Origin: Octopus bimaculoides
Lineage: Eukaryota
Direction of reading: 5' to 3'
Length of the DNA stretch: 52,449 nt
Assembly (NCBI RefSeq): GCF_001194135.2
Contig: NC_069008.1
Span: forward strand, 10,027,660 to 10,080,108
Shown here in pieces: positions 1-11,880 of the stretch. The notes beneath the pieces were generated by a model, which saw only the letters and a program-made list of their open reading frames with translations, did not search any database and was not told the origin of the DNA. The first letter of the stretch is position 1; the number at the start of each line of letters is the position of its first letter. The translations under genes and the position numbers were made by a program.

Positions 1-46
1 TACATAATTGAAAAAATTTGGAGTCAACATGAAGGAGTTCGGTTGG

Positions 47-346
47 ACATTTATTTTCAATTACTACAATTGTTTCTACACAACATAGTTCTCGAGGTTT
101 GCCAATGGTCCTTCAGCAATAACACATCTTGATAAACTCAGTGGTTACTACTAACTTCAGGCCATGACAGACAGAGAGGATGCTCCTGAAGCCAAGAATT
201 TGAACTTTACAGAGACAATATTTACATGTCACCTGAGGAAACACAACTAGATCTCATAATGCAGGGAAATGTTTGCATAATCAAGTACGTGCACACATGG
301 AGAACTACACTGTGTACAAACAACTATAGTGATTGAAAATAAATGC
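47..346. repeat. Inverted pair of ~47-bp segments (47-93 and 300-346), possibly from mariner 3' ends
   Basis: The reverse complement of 47-93 (gagaactatgttgtgtagaaacaattgtagtaattgaaaataaatg) matches 300-346 with about 7 mismatches. The adjacent minus-strand CVIAEG resembles a mariner C-terminus. Confidence 0.35.
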
Positions 347-499
347 CTGACCTTACTCCTTGTTGTCTCCAAATGTTTTCAATTATCTATTTATAGATGC
401 CCAAATGCAAACCTGGCAGTATGTATACTACTGGATAGCAGAGGGTGAAATCTGAAGCTGGGCGAGCTTTATACTGTACTCTACTACATTCTTAACTGT

Positions 500-736
500 G
501 CGGGTGGCACATAAAAGACACCATTTCGAGCGTGGCCGTTTTCGTGCGGGTGACACGTAAAAGCACCCACTACACTCTCTGAGTGGTTGGCGTTAGGAAG
601 GGCATCCAGCTGTAGAAACTCTGCCAAATCAGACTGGAGCCTGGTGTTGCCATCCGGTTTCACCAGTCCTCAGTCAAATCGTCCAACCCATGCTAGCATG
701 GAAAGCGGACGTTAAACGATGATGATGATGATGATG

Positions 737-738
<2 letters not shown>
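500..738 (+). mobile_element. 5'-truncated RTE-type 3' end / RTE-tailed SINE fragment with (GAT)n tail
   Basis: GGCAC..AAAAGCAC units, then the ggcgttaggaagggcatccagctgtagaaac domain and (GAT)7. The same module terminates the RTE ORF at 12740-13970. Confidence 0.8.
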
Positions 739-791
<53 letters not shown>

Positions 792-879
792 TACATAGAT
801 AGATATACATATCTATATATATATGTATACATATACAGCAGCAACATTCAGGCAAGAAACAAGGCTTTCAATGCCTGGA

Positions 880-2520
880 GAATATCACCCACAATCTAAA
901 GCAATGCAACTCTTGTAAGACCACTATCTGGTTTGCAAAGAGTATCTTCCTGCATCACATGAGCCTCAAGCTTTCCCATTTCTTAAACTGCAAGCTAATT
1001 CTTCCGGTCCCTTACCTAAAGAATTTCCACTAATGTTGCTGAGTTCTCTTTTCTTGCACTTCTAAACTGACAGTTCTATTAGAAGCACCCCGTAGAGAAA
1101 CCCTCCACCTTTGCTATCCACTTCACATCAAACTCCACTCTATTACTCTTGGACCATTCCCTCCATATCCATTCCCGTTCACTCTTCTAGGCATCCCACT
1201 CCACATGCATACATGCCAATTATGGAAATACTTCCATTTACTTCAAACAAAAAATGCCACCAGCCTTAACAATGTCCCTACAGTTATACTCAAACATTGC
1301 GCCACAGAACTGGCACCTCTGCTCACCTAACTTTAATCTCTCGCTCTTTAAAGAGATGTACTGTGACGTTTGATACCAAGCTTCAGTGTGTCTCATTCCA
1401 AAGATAGGCACCCTTTTTGAACCAGCTGCCTCCCTTCTATTGCTCTCACTTCTAGCATCTCTATGGTAACAGAGATAGCCATTAACAAGGATATCCTCCA
1501 CTTTTTCTACCTGTATGGCTTCTACAGAGCTAAATTCACTGGAGGCTTACTCTCTTCAGTCATACATCCACGGGCTCTCGCTTTAAAAATGTTCAGTGAC
1601 TCCAGTGTTATTGCTCTAAACATGAGCAAAGACCTCAACTCTTTGGCATGCATAGCTATCAAAATTTCCTACTATGGGCTCCACCCATTTCTCAACTCTT
1701 GGATACATAGCTTCCTAGCTGATCACACCATAGTGACATGTACTAACAGAGAATTTTCCACTCCGAATGCCATGACATCCAATAGTGCCTGTTCATGTGC
1801 AGACAATACAATCCTTCATTCCAGCCAGGCATTATCCACATGCCACCTAAACATCACATGCCAAGCATACATTGATTCTAGAAACAGAAACCTTAAAAAT
1901 ATCCTTTAGTGGGGTCATGTCGACTTTGTTTCGTTTAAGAGTATAAAAGAACCTCAACCACTCCCCTTATCAAGAAAACACTAATGTAGCTCTTCCTATA
2001 ATATGAGTGACACTCAGCTAGATTCATCACAGTAATTCCAAATATTGGGTCTCCCTATCATCAAGGTTCTTTCATGAGGAAAGCACATCCTTTACATAGC
2101 TAGTACTACATCCCAAAACTGGCCCTTCCTTTCAGGACCAGAAAATATTTCAGCCCTACCAGCTGCTGACACTCTACAAAATTCAAATGAGACCCACAAT
2201 GGAGTATTGCTGTCACACTTAGAATGGAGCTGTTGCTATGGACACAGAGCTCCTGGACAGCATCAAGATTAGAGTCATTCAACTGAATGATGTTCACTCA
2301 CTTCAAAACATGCTAGAGCATGTCTGTAAGTGACTAATACCATTAAGCCTACAGGTGAGCTGCCTTTTCTCTTGTTACTATACTAGCCTCTGTTCCTTTC
2401 AACTGACTGGTATTATACTTCCAATTCTCAGTCACCATCACCCCAACCCACTTGTTTCTTCACTTCCCTTTCACAACCCCATACTAACCACTAAGACAAG
2501 TTTTTCTTCGCCAGAACATC
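880..2520 (+). mobile_element. Degenerate CR1-like LINE ORF2 (reverse transcriptase) relic
   Basis: The + frames give VIALNMSKD..(ALDISKAFD-like), YGLHPFLNSWIHSFLA, CADNTILH (YADD region), FSPTQLLTLYKIQMRPTMEYCCH and LLDSIKIRVIQL, in CR1 order with stops and frameshifts. Confidence 0.7.
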
Positions 2521-3006
2521 ATCCTTCTAGAACAATGATTCTCAACAATTTTCTGCCTCTGGACCCCTTTGATCCTTATTTTATTCAGGTGGGCCTCCAT
2601 AGCCATTTGATACTTAAAAAGTCCTATTACATTTTTATAATTAAATATCATTTTTTATTTTCCATATTTGTGTATGAATATCATACAGAGATACATTACA
2701 AAAGCTTCACAGATTCATCATAAGGAAGAAATGATCTTGTGTGTGTGTGTGTGTGTGTTTGCATGCATGCATGTGTGTTACTACTCTTTTTTTATGTTAG
2801 GTAGAACCAATGTGATTGATAGAGACATTACTTTTGGAATTTAAATTTTGATCATTAGATTTATGTATCAGCCATCAGAAGATTTATAAACACACACACT
2901 CACCTATAAGAGTTGATACAAATATTGGTTGATTGGTTTCTCCAAAGATGCTTTGTCATATAGAGGGAGGAAGAAGAGAATAAAAGAAAAATACAGACAT
3001 ATAACA

Positions 3007-3044
3007 CAAGAGGTACAGGATGAGTGCACATCCTGTACCTCTTG
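3007..3044. other. Perfect 16-bp hairpin with 6-nt loop
   Basis: caagaggtacaggatg-agtgca-catcctgtacctcttg. Confidence 0.9.
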
Positions 3045-3368
3045 CTGGTACAAGCAATGAATAAAGAAATGCTATACACAAACATATACAATGAGAGAAA
3101 AAGAATCAGAGAAGATGGAGGAGAAGGAGGGAGAGGAAATGATAGAGGAGGAGAAATTTGTTTAATTTAATTTTAAGATAATGAATTCTTTCCTTTTAAA
3201 AATTAATATTCATTTTATCATTTTGTATAAGCACCAAGGAAATTGATAACAGTCGAATTATAATTATTGCATGTAATGCCATATTTCCATGGTGGCAAAA
3301 GTACATTACCAAAGTTACCCTTCATATAACAGGTAACACTCGCGTGTGTATGTGTGTACATATATATA

Positions 3369-4211
3369 CAAAGTGGTATCAAAAGTTCTTGGACTAGTTC
3401 TGTAGCATGCCAACAGATGGCAGCACACTGTTGCAGTGACCACCATGAGGCAGTGTGCTGGGTGACATCGCTGTGTTTATTTCACAAATTGTGAAATTTG
3501 GGTTTTTGTGATCATGTGTATGCTGTAGTGTGTAATTTTAGTCATGGATAGGAAGTTGGGACAAAGGGCCAATGTGAAATTTTGCATTAAACTTGGGAAG
3601 TCTGCTACAGAGACACTGCGCATACTTCAGTAAGCTTACAAGGATGAGGTAGTGGGTCATGTGCAATGTCTCAAGTGGCAGGGATGCACAACAAAGCTGC
3701 AGCTCAATCAAGCATTGCTCATGGTTTTTTTCAACATTCGCAGTATTGTACATTGACAATTTGTCCCCTTGGGCCAGACCATCAATCAAGAGTTCTACTG
3801 TGACATTTTGAAGCATTTGAGCGAAGACGTTTGACGTAAGCAACTCAATCTGTAGAGCACAAAGAATTGGATTATTCATGACGACAATGCACCTTGTCAC
3901 CAAGCTCTCCTCATGAGTTTCTTGCTCAAAACAACATGGTATCCCATCCGCACCTGCCCTATTCGTCAGATTTAGCAGCTCAAAAGTCACCATTTTAATA
4001 CTGTTGTCAAGATCAAGAGCAAATCATAGACAGTCCTCAACTTGCTTATGGAAAACGACTTCCAGGCCAAATTCCAAAAGTGGTAGGAATGTTAGGACCA
4101 GTGTATTGCTGTACAAGGTGACTATTTCAAAGGAGATGATGTTAAAATTTAGATAAATAAATTATCTTTTATTAAGCATAACTAGTCCAGGAATGTTTCG
4201 ATATCCCCTCA
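3369..4211 (+). mobile_element. Internally deleted mariner DNA transposon (pseudogenised transposase)
   Basis: GQRANVKFCIKLGKSATETL N-terminus, IIHDDNAPCH and PYSSDLA motifs, degenerate TIRs ending ggactagtt / aactagtcc, and TA on both flanks. Confidence 0.9.
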
Positions 4212-4237
4212 TATGTATGTATATATATGTATATATA

Positions 4238-4440
4238 TTCTTTTACTTATTTCATTCATGTGACTGTGGCCATGCTGAAGCACCGCCTTTAGTCAAACAA
4301 ATCTACCCCAGGACTTATTCTTTGTAAGCCTACTACTTATTCTATTAGTCTCTTTGGCCGAACTGCTAAGTTACGGGAATGTAAGCACACCAACATCAGT
4401 TGTCAAGTGATGGTGGAGGGACAAACACAAACATACAGAC
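4238..4440 (-). mobile_element. Octopus-type tRNA-derived SINE, 3' half
   Basis: Matches the left part of the full copy at 23790-24196 and ends at the internal CA/TA tract. Confidence 0.9.
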
Positions 4441-4465
4441 ATATACATACATACATATATATATA

Positions 4466-4508
<43 letters not shown>

Positions 4509-4509
<1 letters not shown>

Positions 4510-4678
4510 GGCGCAGGAGTGGCTGTGAGGTAAGTAGCTTGCTTACCAACCACATGGTCCTGGGTTCAGTCCAACTGCTTGGTACCTTGGGCAAGTGTCT
4601 TCTACTATAGCCTCAGGCCGACCAAAGCCTTGTGAGTGGATTTGGTAGACGGAAACTGAAAGAAGCCCGTCGTATATA
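4509..4678 (+). mobile_element. Octopus-type tRNA-derived SINE, 5' half (head with A/B boxes), running into a gap
   Basis: A-box-like tggctgtgagg, B-box-like gggttcagtcc, and a CORE-like ccttgggcaagtgtctt motif. Confidence 0.9.
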
Positions 4679-5312
4679 TNNNNNNNNNNNNNNNNNNNNN
4701 NNNNNNNNNNNNNNNNNNNNNNNNNNNNNNNNNNNNNNNNNNNNNNNNNNNNNNNNNNNNNNNNNNNNNNNNNNNNNNNNNNNNNNNNNNNNNNNNNNNN
4801 NNNNNNNNNNNNNNNNNNNNNNNNNNNNNNNNNNNNNNNNNNNNNNNNNNNNNNNNNNNNNNNNNNNNNNNNNNNNNNNNNNNNNNNNNNNNNNNNNNNN
4901 NNNNNNNNNNNNNNNNNNNNNNNNNNNNNNNNNNNNNNNNNNNNNNNNNNNNNNNNNNNNNNNNNNNNNNNNNNNNNNNNNNNNNNNNNNNNNNNNNNNN
5001 NNNNNNNNNNNNNNNNNNNNNNNNNNNNNNNNNNNNNNNNNNNNNNNNNNNNNNNNNNNNNNNNNNNNNNNNNNNNNNNNNNNNNNNNNNNNNNNNNNNN
5101 NNNNNNNNNNNNNNNNNNNNNNNNNNNNNNNNNNNNNNNNNNNNNNNNNNNNNNNNNNNNNNNNNNNNNNNNNNNNNNNNNNNNNNNNNNNNNNNNNNNN
5201 NNNNNNNNNNNNNNNNNNNNNNNNNNNNNNNNNNNNNNNNNNNNNNNNNNNNNNNNNNNNNNNNNNNNNNNNNNNNNNNNNNNNNNNNNNNNNNNNNNNN
5301 NNNNNNNNNNNN

Positions 5313-6062
5313 ACTGCAGCCATGTTAGCACACTGCCTTGAAGGGTTTTAGTCAAATAACTCGTTCCCAAGATTTACTATTTGTTTTAAGCCTACTACTT
5401 ATTCTATCAGTCTCTTTTTCAAAACTGCTATTTTATAGGGACATAAACACACCAATACCAGTTATCAAGTGGTGGGGTAGGGACAAACACAAAGACACAC
5501 ATGTACATATATATACATATGACGGGCTTCTTTCAGTTTCTGTTCACCAAATCCATTCACAAGGCTTTAGTCAGCCTGAGGCTGTAGTAGAAGACACTTG
5601 CCCAAGGTGCCATGCAGTGGGACTAAACACAGAAATGTATATTGGGAAGCAATCTTTGTACCACACAGCCTGGTGGTGCACCAGCATGGCTGCTGTCTAA
5701 TGATTGAAGCAAGTAAAAGATTAATGAAAAATTTTTAGTTGAATGAATCAATCCTAGTACTTTTTGAATTTTTTAAGCCTGATACTTATCCTATTGGTCT
5801 CTTTTACTGAACTGCTGAGTTCCTACGATATAATATAACAATATTGGTTGTCAAGAGGTGGTGGGGAACATCCTCAGATGCAAAGACATACACCTGCATA
5901 TATATGATGGACTTCTTTCAGTTTCCATTTACCAAATCCACTCACAAGACTTCGGTCAACCCAAGGCTACAATTGAAGACACTTGCCCAAAGTGCCACGC
6001 AGTTGGACTGAACCCAGAATCATGTAATTAGGAAGCAAGTTTCTCACCACTCAGCCATGCCT
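5313..6062 (-). mobile_element. Two consecutive decayed copies of the same SINE (about 5313-5672 and 5725-6062)
   Basis: Each copy has cagtttc..accaaatccactcacaagg..gaagacacttgcccaa and a head remnant. Confidence 0.85.
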
Positions 6063-6388
6063 CCTCCTCCTCATCATCATCATCATCATCATCTTTATCA
6101 TCATCATTGGGTTGGACAATTTGACTGAGGTCCTGAAAGCCAGTGGCTGCACCAGGCTCCAATCTGGTCTGGCAATGTTTCTACAGCTGGCTACCCTTCC
6201 TAACGCCAACCACTCCAAGAGTGTAGTGGGTACTTTTACGTGCCACTGGCACAGGAGCCAGTAAGGCATGCCTGGCATCAATCAAGTTCAGATGGTGCTT
6301 TTTACATGCCTCCGGCATGGAAGCCGGTCAGGCGGCCCTGGCATTGATCACATTCAGATAGTGCTTTTTATGTACCACAGGAGTCTCT
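6063..6388 (-). mobile_element. RTE LINE terminal 3' UTR (about 2.5 units of the 66-bp repeat, terminal domain and (GAT)n tail) in reverse orientation
   Basis: The reverse complement reads ..ggcacgtaaaagtacccactacactc..gttaggaagggtagccagctgtagaaac..(GAT)n. Confidence 0.85.
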
Positions 6389-9253
6389 GCTTGCCAGATT
6401 GATCTCATTGTCACCAGACAGCGGTATGCATGGTTGCTCTTAAACACAAAGACCCTCCCTGGTAAAGAATGTACCCCACAGCATAGACTAGTTATTAGTG
6501 ACTTTAGACTCAAGGTCAGAAGCATGCCAAAAAGCAGACAAATCTGGAAAAGAAGGACTTGGAAGCTTAAGAACCCTTCACATGGTCAGAGATTTAGAGA
6601 TATCTTTACCGAGAAATTTAATGAGAGGGAGGAGGAGCTACAGTCCTGTGACATAGAAGGCAGCTGGAAATTCCCGCAAGACAGTTTGCTGAGCACTATG
6701 TACATAATCTGTGGCTCCCTGACCTAGGGTAACATGGAGGTGGAACAATACTGTAGGCAAAGAAACAGGCCTGGAAGGCCTGGAAGAGTGGGGGTAGTAG
6801 GAGACTGTATCAGGTAGCCAGTAGGGAAGCTAGGAGAGAGGTATATATAGCCAAGGGAGTAGCAGAAAAGAAGCTTGCCAATGTTCAGCAACGTGAGGAT
6901 GAAAGAACTGAAGCATTTCAGATTGCAAGACAGTGTGTGAGAGAAAATTGTGATGTCATAGGAGAAAAATATGTCCACATGGATGATTGTGCACTTGCTT
7001 TAAATGATTCTGAAAAGAAAGAGGCTTGGAGAAGCCATTATGAAAGACTGCTGAATGTGGAGAATGAATGGGAGAAGGAGAATCTGCCAAAGGTTGACCC
7101 AATTGAGGGATTAACTACCCGACTTGACAGTACCTTGGTAGATAAAGCAATTAAAGATATAAAGATAGGGAAAGCACCTGGCCCATCAGGAATCACTGCA
7201 GAGATGCTTAAAATATTGGGTGTTGTGGGTTATGGTCTTGTCACCTGCATCGTAAATCAGGTAATTCATGAAGGAGTCATACCCAATGACTGGTGTAGCA
7301 GCACTATAGTCAGCTGCTACAAAGGTAAAGGTGATGCTTTAAATAGAAATAACTACTGGGGCATCAAATTATTGGATCAGGTGATGAAAGTTAGAGAGAG
7401 AAGTCGTATCCCAATTAGGGAGAGAGTTAGCCTAGATGAGATGTAGTTTGGTTTTGTGCCAGGTAGAAGCACCACTGATGCTATATTTCTGGTAAGGCAA
7501 CTGCAAGAGAAATACCTAACCAAAGATAAATCTCTGTTCTTGGCTTTTGCTATCTTGGAGAAAGCCTTTGACTGGTTTCCTCAATCCTTTATCTAGTGGT
7601 TAATGTGGAAACTGGGGATAGACAAGTGGTTGGTAAGAGCTGTACAAGGATGCAGTCAGTAAGGTGGCGATTGGCAATAAGTATAGTGAAGAATTCCAGG
7701 TAGAAGTAGGGGTTCACCAAGGATCAGTCCTAGCCCCCTCTTATTCATGATAGTCCTCCAAGCAATAACAGAGGAATTCAAGACAGGCTGCCCCTGAGAG
7801 CTCCTCTATGCTGATGACATTGCTCTAATAGCCAAGTTACTATCAGAATTAGAGACAAAGTTTAGGGTGTGGAAGCAAGGTCTAGAATCGAAGGGCCTTA
7901 GGGTTAACCTTGCAAAAACCAAAGTCTTAGTAAGTAGGAAGGCTGACAAATCACAAAGCCCTTCAAGTAGATGGCCCTGTTCGATCTGTAGAAAAGGCAT
8001 GGGTGGAAACTCCATACAATGTACCCGGTTTAAGCTATAGACACATAAACGGTGCAGCAATATTAAAGGAAGGTTAACCTGGAAGATAGTTTTTGTGTGT
8101 GGCAGATGCACTCACAAAAACACTAAAGATGTACAGAAAACAGATTCCATCACATGCCAGGGGAAAAAAACTAGAAGTAGTTGATAGCTTCTGCTACCTA
8201 GGTGACCACGTCTGTAGTAGGGGTGGTTGCTCTGAGCGTGTAGCAGCTAGAATAAGAATAGTCTGGGCAAAGTTCAAGGAGGTTCTACCTCTGCTGGCGA
8301 CTAAGAGCCTCTCACACAGGGTGGAAGATAGACTGTATGATGTGCATGTGCAAACTGCCATGCTACACGGCAGTGAAACATGGGCCATGACTACTTAGGA
8401 TATGCATAGGCTTGAAAAAATGATGCTAGTATGATCCGCTGGATGTGTAATGTCAGTGTGCATACACGACAGAGTGTAAGTACCCTGAGAGAAATGTGGG
8501 AATTAAGAAGCATTGGATGTGGTGTGCAAGAGAGACGACTGCACTGTTATGGTCATGTGTTACATATAGATGAAGACAGCTGTGTGAGGAAGTCCTCGCC
8601 CTAACTGTGGAAGGAACCTGTGGAAGAGGTAGACCCAGAAAGACATGGGATGAGGTGGTGAAGCATGACCTTCAAACATTGGGTCTCACAGAGGCAATGA
8701 CAGAAGACCAAGACCTTTGGAGATATACTGTGCTGGCAACTAAAGTTACATCGCAGCCATGGCCGATGCCAGTGTTGCATGTCTGGCCCATTTAAAAGTA
8801 CCCTTGATGCATCAGGTGATACGATACGCTTCAGAAGATCAAGTAAAACCAAAATTGTAGCTGAGGCCAGTGCCCCTTGACTGGCTCCCATTTCGGTGGC
8901 ATGTAAAATGCATCATCTGAATGTGGTCAATGCCAGTGCCCCCAACTTGCTCCCATGCCAGTGAAATGTAAAAAAACACCATCCAAACATGATCAACGCC
9001 AGGTTCACCTGACCAGTTCCCATGCCAGTGGCACATAAAAAGCACCATCTAAACATAGTCCATGCCAGTGCCCCCTGACTGGCGCCTAAAACGCACTATC
9101 TGAACATGATTGATGCCAGGGCTGCCTGACTGGCTCCCATGCCGGTGGCCCATAAAAATCACCATCCGAACATGGCTGATGCCAGTGACTCCCATGCTGG
9201 TGGCATGTAAAAAACACTATCCGAAAGTGATCGATGCCAGGACCTCCTGACTT
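6389..9253 (+). mobile_element. 5'-truncated RTE-clade LINE (end of endonuclease, RT, Cys-rich insert, C-terminus), pseudogenised
   Basis: PGKECTPQHRLVISDF, GKAPGPSGITAEMLK, FGFVPGRSTTDAIFLVRQLQEKY, HQGSVL, YADD at 7807-7818, CSICRKG..CGRC and RGRPRKTW, with multiple stops. Confidence 0.95.
8866..9253 (+). repeat. Tandem array of a ~66-bp unit in the RTE 3' UTR (about 6 units)
   Basis: Units start with gccag at 8866, 8932, 8998, 9064, 9115, 9181 and 9236; the core is ggcac..aaaaagcaccatc. Confidence 0.9.
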
Positions 9254-10144
9254 GCGACTATGTATTAATATTTCACTGAGACATAGTGTTACTAAGCACC
9301 TGGTGTTAGAACTCAATATACATATGCTTTTGAAAAAAGCATTAGTTAAGTACAGAGCATAACATAAAACATGAAATAAAGGACAAGGGAACAAGAAATT
9401 ATGTAATAAACTTCATTAGCTTTCAGCTGTTTCTACTATGAGATGCAATGATTTAATGAAATTCGTTACATAATTTCTTGTCTTCTTATCATTTAAGTAA
9501 TTTTTGATTTGCTCTGTACTCAAATAATGCTTTTTTTCTGAAGCACATGGCCAGAATTTCTAACCATGACTGTTTGCATGGCCAATCAAGTAAGTTACCA
9601 GGCTTGTTAATTAGCATGTGAGTGGCTACTTCCACAGACCATGTACCCATAATGTAATTTGCAGATGGCTTCAACATGATACAGTTTGTGACTAGGTTGT
9701 ATCTTTGAATTGCAGGTACAGTCCATCTAGTGAACTTTCACACAGTTTCTGTCTACTAAGTTTCACTCACAAGATGCGGTCAAACCAAGGCCAGGTATGG
9801 GGGCATGCACCATTGCAGTGCATAGCTGCATCCATTGTTTGTCGGTATTAGCTCAGGTTGTCCCAGGCAACCCTCCAAGCATTGTCCTAGTCAGTCCTAT
9901 CTCAGCAAGATACTTCCTTATATGCTGTGACTATGTTTCATGTGGCCAACCAACACACGCCATCACCTCAACTGCATCCTCAGTGAAGAGAATATGATAC
10001 ACAGGATTTAACTCAGAAAATCAAGCAACTAGGCTATAGAAAATGATATTTGTCTAAGATGCCAGGCAGCAGAATGGAAACTGAGACCTCATGATCCCAA
10101 AGTGAATTTCTTAACCATTTGGCCAGACTGTGCCTGTATTTATA

Positions 10145-10510
10145 GCATCTTTTATTTTTTACATGTTTCAATCATTAGACTATGGCCATGATAGGGCACC
10201 ACCTTGAAAGAATTTTTAGTTTTTCTGCAATGCCTGGTACTTATTCTGTTGGTCAATTTTGGTGAACCACTAAGTTACAAGGATGTAAACACACCAACAG
10301 CAGTTGTCAGGCAGTGCTAGGGGACAAAGACACATATATAAAAATATATATGACAGGCTTCTTTCAGTTTGTCTACTAAATGCACTCAGAAGGCTTTGGT
10401 TGGCCCAAGGCTCTGGCAGAAGACACTTGCCCAAGATGCCATGAAGTGGGACTGAATCCAGAGCCATATGGGTAGGAAACAAGCTTCTTACCAGTCAGCC
10501 AATGCCTATG
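10145..10510 (-). mobile_element. tRNA-derived SINE, decayed full-length copy
   Basis: Colinear with 23790-24196. Confidence 0.85.
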
Positions 10511-10830
10511 CATACAAATGCTTACATAGATTGGGAAAATTCTCTCCAACATAGCATTCCATTACTTGTTCATTCCTTTGTCACCTCTTTTGTTGAGTTT
10601 CGCCTACCTGACATTTGTTTTCACCACTTCTACCTGTTTTCTTCAGTCTTCTTTCTATTAGATCCTTTCACATGAATTGCCTGGCACTCCTTCATTACCT
10701 CTACCATCACCCATGCACATTACATGTCTGTACTAGTATTATCCTCATTCTTGCACACAACTATTGATTCCTTTTTTTACCCAGTTTTTCTCAGAATTCA
10801 TTGTATGTATGTGTGTGTGTGTGTATATAA

Positions 10831-10879
<49 letters not shown>

Positions 10880-10953
10880 TATATGAGCATATATAAATAT
10901 ACACACACATATACACATATGTATGCATATGTGTATATACATATGCATATGTA

Positions 10954-10986
<33 letters not shown>

Positions 10987-11048
10987 GTATATGTATATAT
11001 ATATATTTGTATGTAGACACACTCTACAGCCTAATTTATAAATATATA

Positions 11049-11175
11049 CATTTAGTTACATTGATTTATATCCTCAGTTCAAATCCCATGGGGCTTATCT
11101 TTACCTTTCATCTTTCCTGAGTCAATAAAAAAATATACATGAATCAGCTAAGTACTGAAGTTGATTGATAGACTC
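11049..11175 (+). mobile_element. Fragment of a second SINE family (Deu/Nin-like domain)
   Basis: cagttcaaatcc..acctttcatctttcctgagtcaataaaa resembles the gcctttcatcctttcggggtcgataaaa domain seen in other copies. Confidence 0.55.
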
Positions 11176-11499
11176 ATTATTATTGCTATTTAGCCCCAGC
11201 CAAGGTCTGCTCCAGCAATTCTACAATTACACTTATTCCAGCCATGACTATTCCATTTGTTATATTCTGTCATGTTCTATTTCAGCCGATATTATACGCA
11301 GTGTCAGCCTTGGTACAACTGTCATGTGATTAAGTGCATTTGCTCCAGATCTGAGCATCACTTTTTTTTTTTTTAATTCAGATATAAAATTTCTCATTCT
11401 TCTTTATCCAGTGAACAACTGTAAAATGTATAGACCAAACCACCACCAGTTCTCATTATATTTATGTATGTGTACAATCATATATATATATATGTGTGT

Positions 11500-11708
11500 G
11501 TGTGACCGCGTGTGCATCGTTGGTGATTTTCTTTCTCTGTCTTCCCTTCTTTGGACTTTTCCTATATTTCTGATGAAGAGCTCTGCTCGAAACGTGAAAT
11601 CCTCTTTCTTTTCTTTCCTTTCCTTTCCTGAGCATCCAATAACACTGTACTTATTCCACATCCTCGCGTTGTTGTTTTTTCTTGCTTGTTCATGTTTTGA
11701 TTGACTTT
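11500..11708 (+). mobile_element. Penelope-like element terminal repeat (pLTR) fragment ending at (TA)n
   Basis: Pyrimidine-rich terminus containing a hammerhead motif, with the same architecture as the tail of the PLE at 18350-20420. Confidence 0.65.
11566..11600 (+). ncRNA. Minimal type I hammerhead-like motif (cleavage position G, so probably inactive in this copy)
   Basis: ATTT-CTGATGA-A-GAGC(tct)GCTC-GAAAC-GT-G-AAAT: 4-bp stem I, 4-bp stem II and a palindromic ACGT stem III. Confidence 0.7.
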
Positions 11709-11719
11709 ATATATATATA

Positions 11720-11880
11720 GTTGAAATTTGCAGAAAAACAAAAGACAAAGACAGGTGTATAAACAACAAACAGGTGTATTAGTTTAACACTTGGGAAGGT
11801 GAGAAAACCTTTTACATTTTGAGTCTATGCTCTTCAACAGAAAGGAACACGAGGAAATAAACAGAGAGAGAATAAAAAAT
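11720..11880 (-). mobile_element. PLE terminal repeat fragment (same family as 20290-20420), tail-to-tail with 11500-11708
   Basis: The reverse complement aligns with 20290-20420 and ends at the shared (TA)n. Confidence 0.75.
11808..11845 (-). ncRNA. Degenerate hammerhead-like motif
   Basis: Reverse complement: CCTTT-CTGTTGAA-GAGC(atag)ACTC-AAAAT-GT-A-AAAGG. Stem I is 5 bp; the GAAAC core has decayed to AAAAT. Confidence 0.5.

Noticed and set aside
4543-5370. Long ORFs made of X (also at 19125-21060, 30264-31089, 32947-33432 and 40562-41346)
   Set aside because: These are assembly-gap artefacts.
6051-6281. ORF with poly-Met/Arg C-terminus
   Set aside because: It is the translation of the (GAT)n retroelement tail.
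8866-9253. Regularly spaced repeats resembling a CRISPR array (also 16096-16246)
   Set aside because: Whole units are homologous with no unique spacers, there are no cas genes, the context is eukaryotic, and the array is part of an RTE 3' UTR.
10724-11041. ORFs rich in YI/CV/HT repeats (also near 4400, 16500, 23600, 25400, 44400, 48500 and 50600-51600)
   Set aside because: These are translations of TA/CA/TATG microsatellites, which lack stop codons.
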